Positions 13,997-25,725 of a stretch of DNA of 64,000 bases are shown here, piece after piece (position 1 is the first letter of the stretch; every line of letters starts with the position of its first letter). The notes beneath the pieces are model-generated. The model saw only the letters and a list, made by a program, of their open reading frames with translations. It was not told the DNA's origin and searched no databases. This DNA is from Vermamoeba vermiformis. Taxonomy: Eukaryota. Made by a program: the position numbers and the translations under genes. The stretch is taken from contig JBEWZL010000030.1 of the NCBI GenBank assembly GCA_045837725.1, positions 372,001-436,000 of the forward strand. Direction: 5' to 3'.

Positions 13997-14835
13997 TTAT
14001 ATTAAAAATGTAAAGTTTACAGTTATCAGGAAAGGTTTGTTTCTATTGGCCAGCTCACTTCCCAGTGCCGAGTCAAAATAGACAGGTTCAAGAATATCCA
14101 GCAACTGATCCAAATGTTCATCAGACAATTCTTTGTACACATATTCACCATTGTTTAAAACAATCCTAAGTGTTCTATCAGGATATCTGTCATTATTTCC
14201 GGAATATTCTTCTTCATCATTGCTGTGATAGTCATCAGACCTATTCGCCACAAAGTTAAAATCAGAACTAATTCTTTTAAAAGAATATTGTTGCAGTTGC
14301 TACCAGCTTATATCCAACTTACTTAGGTCTATTATTCAGTTGTGTCAACTTCAGTTGTGCAAACTTAAGTTGTGCCAACTTCAAAGTTTGATTCCATCCA
14401 GTGACTTCATTGAAGATATGTTCAATCAGTGCAGATTGAAATTGCTGCTGATTATGATATTTTAAAGAATTTCGATGAATATCATCTTGAAAGAATTCAC
14501 AACGAGTGATCACAAGCCCTTAAATATCATATTAGACAAATCAAATATCATTATTTTAATATACCTGAATCATGGCACTCAATTTCCCAACCATTTCCCT
14601 CACTGGAGTACTGGTAATGTAATGTGTTATAACAGTCTAAACATTACTATTAGAAGCAAATCATGCTTACGTTTTTGATAACTATGCTTTTCTTTGCATT
14701 GGGAAGCGGTGGTATGTTCTCGAAGAACTTTTTTATCTCAAAGGCACATAAAATACATTTTGCTCGCTTGATCTACAAGTAAAAATTAGAGTGGTATCGA
14801 AATATTTGAGTATTTGTACCATATTGTCGTTCATT
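13997..14835 (-). pseudogene. F-box family copy 4, 3' half (separated from its 5' half by the CACTA element)
   Basis: IKRAKCILCAFEIKKFF exon and family C-terminus; removing the element restores AWRK-MNDNM across the ATT duplication. Confidence 0.8.
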
Positions 14836-14871
14836 CACTACCAATTTTTATCTCGCAAATCTCGTTTGAGA
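14836..14871 (+). repeat. Left TIR CACTACCAATTTTTATCTCGCAAATCTCGTTTGAGA
   Basis: Matches the reverse complement of 28541-28576 at 33/36 positions. Confidence 0.95.
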
Positions 14872-14926
14872 AATAATCGCTAGTGAAGCGAGTCTCTTGA
14901 GAATGTCATCTCAATTTGAATGTGAT

Positions 14927-15085
14927 TATTCACAGCATCTCGGTTGGTAAAAATTCTCAAACTGAATATGAGTATTCCCAACATCTCAGTTGGGAAAAAT
15001 TGTCAATCACTATATGAGTATTCACCACATCTCTGTTGGCAATAAATCTCAAACTCTATGCGATTATTCACAAAATCTCAGATGA
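14927..15085 (+). repeat. Subterminal tandem repeat, 46-bp period, ~3.4 copies
   Basis: TATTC...ATCTC-G-TTGG units start at 14927, 14973, 15019 and 15065. Confidence 0.9.
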
Positions 15086-15145
15086 ATGAACTCATTGTAT
15101 CTCAGTAACAAATAATAATTGTAGCGTTTATTTTAATTGAATGAT

Positions 15146-16200
15146 CTAATAAAGGGAGTTATTGTCTACTTCAGTTGTTGATTGAAAGAAGTTGATGTGT
15201 GGCTGCGATGATCCAATTTTCTGTTTCTTTGTTGGAGGTTCCTCCTGCAATAATCCAATTTTGTGTTTCTTTGTTGGAGGTTCCTCCTGTTTACAGTTCA
15301 AAAGCTTGTATGACTATCATAAACTTACTTGTTGAATTTTAGGCTTCGACGGACTCTTTCGCTTTTGAAATTCACCCTTTTTAATTTGTTATTATAGTAC
15401 GAACTAAGTTGTATACATACGTATTCAGACAGTTCGAGCACTCGTTTCCTGATCTGTTGTATTATTAGCATTGTACTTTCAAACTCATAAATACCATTAT
15501 TTCAGCAAGTTCGATATCAGACTCAGTTGGGTTGGTCTTTGTCCAATTTCGTACTTGAAGGATCTTTTGAATATGGCCATCTTCTTCGCCTTCCTCTATT
15601 TGGTCATTATCTGCGAAGTATTGTTGCACAGCCAAGTCTATTCTGTCATTAAAAGCCTTTTGCTTCGATGTTCGAATGTATTCTTTTAGCTAATCTTAAA
15701 TGAGCCAAATAATAACACTTATTGCATATTACCAATACTGCTGCAGCTTCTAATTTGCCTTGATCAGGGGAGTCGAGCGACATCACTGGCGTTTCAATAT
15801 TTAAAGCAGTTGCAGCCAGCTCCTCCAATTCATCCTCGGTAAATTTCTTTTTATTTTTCCATGCCTCAGTTGCAGCATTATGCAGTTTTTTCTAGCATAA
15901 AGTTATTTACGTAACTAAATAAAGGAATATTCCTACCACATCCTCAGCGCTCAAGCTCTTTTTAGCTTGGTTGGGACTTTGGATTTTGCCAGATATTTTT
16001 AATAATAAAGTAGTGTTTGTGGACACTCCTTTTTTAAGTGTATCCAAGTCTTTAACAAAGTTTTGTTGCATTTGCTTGAATTCAAGGATGTGTTTCATTA
16101 CGTCCACTTGTGGTGAAGTGGGTTTTTGGGAAGTGCTACCACCTGTACTGCGAGCTCCAGAACTTGCGCTATTAGGCTTTTGTTTATTTGTGTTGCTCAT
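15146..16200 (-). CDS. CACTA accessory gene: coiled-coil protein with a duplicated NLS-like motif (EEPPTKKxKIG x2); possible TnpA-like role
   Basis: Exons join in frame via GT-AG introns from ATG 16200 to TAG 15146; 42-bp internal duplication; no clear family. Confidence 0.65.
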
Positions 16201-16210
16201 ACTTTAATGT

Positions 16211-19200
16211 CTACAAAATAATGTTGTCGTTTCGCAAAAAACTTAAGTCGTGCTCTAAGTGCCCAACATAGGTTTTGCACCACATACAATACTGCTGGTT
16301 ACAACTGCGGCAATGCCATGCATACATATAGAATCGTCGAGTGCATACGCAGCAATTGGGACGTAAATCAGTTGGCTCTCCATCGGCAAGAGTTTGGCAC
16401 TTGTCTGCCATTCTAACCATTACATTTTTGACCCAGTCAAACCATTTAACTCCACGATAATCTGCTTCATTTTGCAAATCATGCAACATTTCTTCAAGTG
16501 AGTATTCAACATTTTTGGCATCAGCGTACCGTACGAACAGCTCTGGTAAACGGAATTTTGGCAAGTAGTTGCAGGATAGCACTACTTGATTGCCAACAGC
16601 TTGAAGCTCAACAGCTCCTTGTGTAGCTACTATAGCAAGCTGCCCTGGACGTAAAGTGCTGGTTGGAACTGTTGATGCAGATTGACTTCCTCCGGTAACA
16701 TTGAATTCGGAGATGAAGAGATGTACACTGCCCCATTCGCATTGTTGCTTATGTTTAAAAAGTATTTGTAAGCGCATGGTTGCTAGAAAATCTTATTAGA
16801 ACAAGTGCAAGTAAAACCGATGAAACTTACGGTCACCATTTCATACAAGCGATCGCCATTAACAATTGAGTATACACAGTACTTGCGTTGATACAGTGGC
16901 AATTTGTACAGCAAGTCATCTTTGAGTTTAAACCATTTTGGCAGTATATCGTCTAAAGATTGCCAATCGAACTCAAATTGCTGCCGCCCTGAAGCAGTTA
17001 AGTACTTATCTGGATGTAAGTAACCATACAGCCTGTACATCGTTTAGTTTAAAATATGCATATTACTAGTTAGAACACTTACTGACAGGCAAGCAATGCC
17101 ACCGTTCTCGATGAATCAATAATTGCAATTCCATTAGTGTTGCATATATCAGATAGATCATTTTCGAATGATGTACTGTTGGGGTTTAGCAAAGTGCCGT
17201 ATTGTTGAAGAGGCAATGCAATGTGAGTCCTTGTATTTAGCCACAATTCCCAAAGCAACTCAGGATATATGGTTTTATCAGCGTTTGGCAAGACGACTTT
17301 GTAGCCGTGGGTGCACAGCTTGACGGCAAACTTCTTGCGTTTTCCAGACATGAGATGAACAACGATTGTTCGTTCTAATTCCAGATCAGTAGGACTTTCT
17401 AATAAGAAGAAGCTCACCTTTTGTTAACCGGGATAATAAAAAGCAAACGATGTCACCAGCCGATTCAATTACTTGTTGTCCGGTGGTGTACATTGACAGA
17501 AACAGTTTGATGTTGTTGTCATGTAGTGCAAGCACAGCTGCATCAAGATTATGAATATATAGTGAAATCTTTCGACCCATCATGAAATCCCACGTTTGAA
17601 GTGCTCCATCATAGTCAGCGAAATTAATTTCTGTAAAATTGTTATCGCATTGAATTGAATTATTATAATATTACCGAACAGAGGTTGTTTGATCCATGGT
17701 AGCACAGTTGCACGATTATCCTTAAAGTTAAGAATTTCTAGTGCGTTAATAAAGAATGCAGCCGTTGGGTTCGAGTATTCAGTTATCAGCTTGGGTGTCA
17801 ATACTGAGCTATCAAGCAAGCACCTTTGTTGTAGCTGGCCAATTCCGGTTATAAAATTGCTTTTTGAGGTATTAATCTCTTTGGTATGTTCCTCGTACAA
17901 TTTTTCTTCAACCTTTTGGTAATTAATAATAATTATCGTATGACTTCGAAACTTACCGATACCTGTTTTGTAGCTGTAATAACACCGACAGGCTTGGCTG
18001 CATTATTGGAATATGCTTGTTGAGCATTCAATAAATCTGCGGTATTATCGTCATATTGACCTAATTGAGAGTCGAACAAGTCAAAGCTTAATGGGCTTGG
18101 ATTCTCCCCGGGTGATGCATCGAGCGCACTATTATGATTGACACCAATTTCATTCGGAGATGTCAGCGAGACACCAAATTGAGGCACAGAGTTGAGGGTG
18201 GGTTGAACTACCTCGATGTGCCCTCCAGAATTGACAAGAAATTGTCCCAAGCCTTGTTGTTTTGGCTTTTCTGAGTCATTCTTTGGTTGCTTGTCAGTTG
18301 ACTGATCGCTCAAGGCGATCTCTTCTATTTCGTCAACTTTGCGCTTCCTGTTAGAGCGCACCAGAGTCGAAGGAGTACGGAGACTTTTCTCTTTCGGTGT
18401 TTCATTATTGTGGTTTGCACCAAAGGTCACTTTGATCTCATTCTCTAACTCGGTTGTGAGTAATTTTGCCCTCGTGATAAATTGGTCTTCACCATTGTCC
18501 AAAGCTCGAATGGATTCCAGGCATCGTGTCAAAGCAATCTCCAATTGATTCAACTTTTCCGCTGTGATCTTGCCGAAGGAAATATTGAACAGGCGATACG
18601 AAAAGGGATCGCTTTCACCCATTAGGTATTCTAACTCATCAACGCCTTTCTGCACCAAGTCCGAACAAATTTTGTTCCATACAGAGGTAACACGTAAAAA
18701 ATATTCTAATTAACTTGTATCAGAAAATGTAAAATACGGACAGTAAACTTACTCTCATTGCTAATTATCTGATCACCGAACTGATCTTTAAAATCTTGCC
18801 ACAGCTTTTGTTTAGACCTTACTTTCTGTTGACGGTACCTAAATTAAGGTAAATATAAAGCGTACAACAATTGTGGATCCAAACTTACTTTTGCCTCTGT
18901 GAAAAGTGAAGTATCATGTTGCATTTGTCCACGAAGGTCATTTTCGTAATTGTGGTGCTCAGCTGCGTGCACTTGAATGCTAGTAGTTGCACGTCTTCAA
19001 GCGTGTCCTCTGGCTTGTGCACAACGAACGCTTGCCAATTATCATAGACAGGATTATTAAGATCCTTCGCTGCATAGTAGCGTTGAATTCCGTCGACCAA
19101 GTATAATTTTTCAACACTAAGCGCAAATTGAACTGAATCCCGAACAGCACTCTTTGAAGGCCTATTAATTTGTTAATATGCGTACGAGTAAGCTAGGTAT

Positions 19201-19525
19201 TCATACTTCCATAGCAAAAGAGGACATATATTCACCACTCCGTCTCGCTGTAATGAGTTTTGAATTGTTGTAACGGCAGCGAGCTTTTTCCCCCGTGTAT
19301 AGCAATGTGGTGGCAAAAGCTGTAATTCTGAGATACTGACTAATTTATTTTCGATATCAGTGTACCCTAAACGCCTACAAATTATTATAAGATTAAAATT
19401 ACCGTAATTAATTAATTAAATAATTAGTCATACTGTAAAAAACCTGGAGCATTATCCACAGCAGCAGTGTTGTCTTTGATTGTACTTTTTTTCTCGTTGG
19501 TATTATTCGAATTACGCCCGCTCAT
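16211..19525 (-). CDS. CACTA cargo gene: N-terminal ParB/Srx-like domain, low-complexity linker, degenerate JmjC/cupin-like segment, C-terminal ZZ-like zinc finger
   Basis: Spliced ORF gives LVSISELQL..IQNSLQRDG..PLLL..YLVDGIQRYYAAKDL (ParB-N pattern); TLRPGQLAIV..VGNQVVLSCNYLP; CCVC..WHCRSC..YCMWC..H..H. One frame junction near 16.7-16.8 kb is unresolved. Confidence 0.6.
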
Positions 19526-19625
19526 TGTGGTTCAAAGTGCAACGGTTTCCAATAATTGGGGGTAACACTATTGGTGCTCAGACAAGATGATAAATGTGAA
19601 TTAACGGTAATCGTGCTAATCAAAC

Positions 19626-19666
19626 GAAATCTCAAAATCGGCACGGCGTGCCGATTTTGAGATTTC
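19626..19666. promoter_or_regulatory. Perfect 41-bp palindrome (20-bp arms, 1-nt spacer) in the element's divergent promoter region
   Basis: GAAATCTCAAAATCGGCACG-G-CGTGCCGATTTTGAGATTTC, about 100 bp upstream of ATG 19525. Confidence 0.85.
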
Positions 19667-19799
19667 ATGTCACGTGCTTTTAACCTCGTCCAATTTTATT
19701 AATAAGTCTAGTTTACACGCGATATCTTGACCACCAATGGTCGGGGTATAATATCTCTATGCAATTCATACGTGACGTGCATTGGCCTGCTTGCATGTC

Positions 19800-22700
19800 G
19801 CTCATGGACAAGGCTCAACTTGATGGCGCGATCGGATGTGCCAAACGCTTCTAATTTCCTGGTAAGTGTTATTATTTTATTACAATTAAATAATTTAACC
19901 AGTGGAAAATATCGTTTCAACACTCAAGTTGGAAAAAATTAAATTAAAGTTTTTTAAAATGGATTGAGGTTTGTGTTCGCTTGTAGATCAAATTGATGTA
20001 TATTATTGCCTTAATAATATTTTACCGTAATTTTTATTAAATAAACAGATAATAATCAAGCGATCGTGAAGCCAAGCGATGAAAGACGAAGGACAAATCA
20101 GAGGTAAGTCCTTTCATATTGTTAAATTGAATTAAAATAATGTTTTAAAACTGTTCAATTAGATATTACAAGCTAGCGAAGATACATCCGGTTCGTCTAC
20201 GTGCTGCGTTGAGCCTGCTTCAGCAATTAATGCGCGGATCGATCGCGCTTAAAGTAAGTCAATCAAGTGTGTATTTATTAATATAACATTGTTTATTTTA
20301 TAGTACACCCAAATTAGCGAATTGGTGACACGATCTATCGCGTTATTACTCGCTGCTTAATTGTTGTTGATTGTGCGTCGACCGCGCTAAAAGTAAGTAT
20401 AATATGATTAATTTTAATATTCTATTTTTTTCTAATGGATTGATAGTCAGCTCGTTCGCGCTCATTGACGCGACGCAAGAATTGTTAACTTCAGTGTTGC
20501 TGTTCACCTGGTAAAATACATTCATTACTATTATTACACTGTACTAATACAAGTTTTATACAGGTATGTCGTTGCTCGCAAACGGATGTGGCACGCGATC
20601 GATCAGACGTGTAGCGAACAGCGTTTAAAAAGATCAAACAATCACGTAAGTAAAGCAATTATTGATTATTAATTTATAATTTTTTGTACAGTTGTTAACT
20701 TTGTTGACGCAGGGAACCCTGCAATAAAATACGTCAGTTTCGATCGGGCATTGTACGTTAATAAAACGCATCGATTGCGTTAATGGTAACTACACCTTAT
20801 TTAATGCATCATTTTAAACGTACTGATATTATTATTTTAATAGTTTTAAACTGTCCTAGTGAATTCACGAATCTGGTGCACGAGATCTGACAGCGTGAAA
20901 ATTTGGGTAAGAGACGAATTACCTAGTACGTAAGTAACATAACGTAGTTTGCGAACCCAAATACTAATATTTTATTACGACAGATTGGCTGAAATAGCCA
21001 ATAGTACGAAGAAATGCGATCCGCAACATGAGCGGTTCGCACGCATCAGTTTTCATTTAAACGCAACAGATCGACCACAAGGGTCGAAATATTTATTATC
21101 CGTTGAACATAAGCTGATAGTGACGCGCCACGGTTGCAACGGCCGTTCAGCGCGAGTTATTTGGGTGAGTTAATCTTCGGTCCATGAGCAGATGCAGTCA
21201 AGTTGGATTATCGACCACAAGGGTCGATTTATTGTTCATTGATAAATAAGTACGCGCCAAACGACACCCAGCGTCGTTCCAGCACGAGACTCAGCGCGCC
21301 GATCTAACCTCATCTGAATCTCGGTGCAGTGACCGAGATTGTTCAAGGTAATATTTTTTATATTATAGTTCAACAAATTAAAATACATTTATATTTATTA
21401 TATGGCGAAACTTAGCCATTAGTTTTAAATTTTATAACTAAATTTACTGGTCGAGCTTAGTGCTCGAGTCAAATTAAACTATTTATTATTATTTATACAA
21501 TATTTTAATTCTAATTTTAAAGTCTACGGCGTTAATGGATCAAGGCCTGGATCCGTTGGATGTCGCGATATAAAGTCTGCTCGGCTTTATTTTGGACCCC
21601 AGTAAGTACGCAAATCCGTTTATGACATCTACTAACGCTTATTGAAATCAGAAAAGAACGATCCGCAACTTGAGCGGATTCATGTCTCAAAATTCTTTTG
21701 AAGTACTTCGGTAAGTCCATTTATTATCAATAGGTATATACCTATAGAATAACGCATAGACAATCAGTGCCCCCGTACATTGCGTTTAATCGCCGATCTA
21801 CGAGCCGCACTGATCCAAGTTGTACTCCAGGCTACTGTACGTATCGCGATTTATTATAGCTCAAACGGAGTAATTTAACGTAATTTAAAACTCTAATTTA
21901 GGTGAGCTTGATGGTACGGTAGACGCGCGCCAGGCTCACATGATTGCTGCAATGGGTCCGAGCAATCACGGCAACTTTCAGGGCCCGCTTTACATGTACC
22001 AGACCTACAGCACCATCAACGCGAAGCGTCTCTCGCTCGTCAGTACGTAATAATTAATTCGTGTGTAGGGAGTGCTGATCTTTTGTCGATAGATGAGCTG
22101 GCAGGTGGCACGCGTCCGCACACCTCTGGGCCACTTAATCTGAACAAATCTCGGCTTAACATCACCGAGGACCGCATTGTGTTCATGTTCAGTGCCTTCA
22201 ATGTCAAGTACCGTACGTATCGCACTGACAATATTGTCGCTGACTCGCTGCTCCAAAGCGATGCAGAACAGCGCCGAGCTGTCTCTCTCCACCAACGATC
22301 TCATGGAAGAGGACTACGTGGCGTAGCCTGCACGTCGCATCACAGCCCAACTACCAGCACTGGCCTGTCATTCGTCCGCGGCTGTGCCGTCACTTCACCG
22401 CAGTCCCTCAACAACTCGCGCTCCAGCAGTGCCGTCACTTCACCTGAGCCTCGCGCCTGGGCAGTGTCATCGACAGCACCACTGCCCTTTGTGCAGTTTC
22501 ATTAATTCGCTCACGGTCCACGCATGCTCTGTGGGCTCACCATCACTGTCCTTGCTGTCACTGCTGTTCGGAGTGTTGCTGTTCGATTGAACACTTCGTG
22601 CAATCCAATAACATGCAGCACACAGACCCGTCATCACCACAGTCAGTGCCGAGAGTTGCTCGTCATACCCAATTACAAAATTTCTCATTGAGTCATTGAT

Positions 22701-23580
22701 CGCGCTGTAACTAAGTATAGACCAACTTAAATTATATGCACAATATATTGATTCATGTTTTGTTCATAGGAAAAGTGTCTGTGTGGACTTAGCGGATCTG
22801 CAACTACGGATGTAGCGCGCGTTAACTGTCATCAGCAGTAACGCTGTTTAACAGGGTAAGCAAATAATTCGCGAATGCGTGCTAACTAATAACTGTTTAA
22901 TATATTAGCATCGTTAAAAGAGTGTTTGTTATGCAGTGGAGCCGGATCGAGCGCAACGCATCTCGATCCCTAAAATTTTACATTGCGCACCGATCGCTAT
23001 AAAAGTAAGTAAAATGCGACGCATCTTCAATGGACAATATCCTGATACTATTTTTACTAGGAACAGTGTCAACCGTGACGACAACAGATCTGATCGAGCG
23101 ACTGTTTCCCCACTCTATCACGTGAGTAAGCTCATTCAGCAGTTACGCCACGTTATTGATTAGGGCACTGCGGTTTACTCTCAGTTGCAACACTGGCACG
23201 TCATTCACGTGGCCTGTTGTTAAATCCGGATCACACACTGGCAAACCAGGTGCATGAACAATAAAGTAGGTCATGAGCTCAAAGAGTACACCATGCTTGT
23301 AACAAAAATAAATAAAGAGGTTTGAGAACAGTAATTTTGCGTCGGCGGACTAAATTTTATGTAAATTTTTGAAAGATCGACCACAACTGGTCAATTTATT
23401 ATTTTTTTTTTCAATTACTATTTCAACAACTATTTACAGCTGGTTGTAGCACGTTACGGCCTCAAACCGCGAGTTATTGTGGATTTACTTGATCAACCGA
23501 TTGCACGTGTAAATTGCTGCAGCTAATCAACAATTCGACCACAGCGTTCACTCACTCACACGTGTGTTAGTTATTTTACT
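19800..23580 (+). other. Multi-exon-like, mostly non-coding region inside the CACTA (long spliced leader/lncRNA or decayed captured exons)
   Basis: About a dozen GTAAG-type donors with AT-rich introns; CpG-rich exons; exon 20304-20392 has stops in all three frames. Confidence 0.5.
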
Positions 23581-25725
23581 ATGGACAACTTAATTGCTGC
23601 AAGCATTCAACTTGGTAAGGAGCGGATGCGTTGGTTTATATCGTATTAATTTTAATTTCAAGCAACAAAAAATGCAAACCAAGAGTCGGACTGGTATCGA
23701 TATATTTACGATACTGATTCACAGCCATCTGAAACAAATCCAAATCCAAGCCAAACACCCGAAATTACTTTAACCCGTAAGTACCTCAATTAATTTAATA
23801 ATTAATAAATAATAATATTGATTTTGAGCAGGAAAGGACACAATCACGGTGCTAGATGATTTTGCTTGGAAGATTGAGCACTTTTTACGCTTAAAATTTG
23901 CTCTATGGCTCGATGATGTAATACTTTTCACTTTCACAAGGTAAGTCAAAGTCTTTGCAAATAATACGTATATTAAATTGCTCATTCAGGCAATGCTTTG
24001 TTTTAAATTCATTACGCACTCACTAAAAATTATTATCAGTGCTTACAACAACAAAGCGGGCTGAAGTGCAACGCTTGTTGGATTCGTGGAAGGTTTCTTA
24101 TCCATTTGAAGAATTGACACTGCGAGCTCAGACCAACGCAGTCGACTGCGGCTTGCACGTAATTTCATTTATTCGTGCAGCTGTTCAGTCCGAAGCCACA
24201 CTTCCTTCCTTTGATACTGTTTGTAAACGTGATGAATTATTCGACTTGGCGGTTAATTCAGTTTCTACAGTAAGTAGAATAATCATTTTAATACACGAGC
24301 TAATTGTTTAATAAAGCAATTAAAAAATCAAGTGCAAGGAATAGTCAATCGATTTGCACAAAGCGACTTCAAAATTTTACTGTGCGTGACAAAGAAAGAA
24401 GAGCTGCGCAGCATGTCCCTGCAACTAGGTACTCTAAAGAATTATTACAACCATTTATGCGAAAAATTCAACGTTGAGTTGCGAAAAAACTATAAACGCA
24501 TTGATCATCTGCTTGACGCTATAGTTCTGCTTCATCAGAAACATGGCGCTGACTGTACTGACGAATTTTTATAATAAATAGTCAATACTGAATGCATACC
24601 ACTCAATAATATTCGAACAATGACAACGTCACACAATTTGCTCGTTATTCAACGTCTTTCGCAACAATACAAGACAGAATTTTTCAACAACATATACAAG
24701 AAGAGCATCAAATGGAAGCAGTCTTATAACGATTTTCATGGAGGAGGCTTTCCGCAACCCAAGCTTTACGCAGCCTTTTCCAAAGATGTTACAAACTTGG
24801 AATATTATGTTCCCCACACAAAGCACGGCAAGCCACTATTAGTATATGAAGCACAGCCGTATACTGATCTACCAGTTTTACAAATCTTTGAGCAACTGCT
24901 AAACTCAATGGGCTATAGTGGCTTCAATTATGTTACGATTCTATTGTATGCTGGAGATCGCTCGCATATCAATGCTCACCGTGATGAAGAACAAATTAAT
25001 GGCTTCGAAACTTTTGATGATGTAATAGCTACTTTTGTTTTTGGAGTAGAGAGGTAACTACTATGATAATACACCGAGCCATGCAATGATACCGTTATAG
25101 GGAACTTAAGCTGTACTATGATTTAAAGGATGGCAAATTTATTCGCATTCATAACGGAGATAACTCATTGTATATTATGCAAGGAATTCAACGCATAACA
25201 GAGCACGAGAAGGCAGCTGCTACTGGTATAAGTTACAGCGTGATATTTCGCTGCTTACAGCCCTTTGCTGGCAATGTCGAGGACCCCAACAGATTTAACG
25301 AACAAGTTTTTATTGATTGGTCCAATCTCCTGATTCCAATGGCTTGGACCTTATTGCCCGATATGACCGACCTGCACGTAGGTTCTATCATCAATCTTAG
25401 AGAGTTCAACAAGCGCCGGTTACACCCAACTCAGATGTCTTCTCTGTCACTGCGGCGAGGTCAAGCTTCATCCATCGTCCTCTATTCAGACCAAAATATT
25501 GTTAGTCCGTGTGGCAACAAAATATGGTTCATTGGCTACGATACTGTTGATAAAAGAAACAAAGCATTGAATAATTGCCTTTTGGCCGTAAACAAAGGTT
25601 CGTTATCAATTCCTGTCTACAAAAGAATTGAAAAAAAAGGCCGAATGTTTTTAGGCAATTTTTATGTTCATAGTGCTATCGAATTAGCACAAAAGATGTA
25701 TTTTTTATTGGTTAAAAATGAATAA
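23581..25725 (+). CDS. CACTA cargo gene: degenerate Ulp1/C48-like segment + AlkB-family 2OG-Fe(II) dioxygenase + SRA/YDG-like domain
   Basis: WLDDVILF and QTNAVDCGLHV (Ulp1); FNYVTILLY..HRDEE..IATFVFGVER..SLYIMQG..EH..YSVIFR (ALKBH2/3 pattern; intron 25054-25100 joins in frame); VG..R..LH..SIVL..G..NKAL..C..PV..GNFYV (SRA). The link between the Ulp1 exons and AlkB is inferred. Confidence 0.75.

Noticed and set aside
14927-15085. 46-bp periodic repeat as a possible CRISPR array
   Set aside because: Whole units are similar with no unique spacers; eukaryotic context; position fits CACTA subterminal repeats
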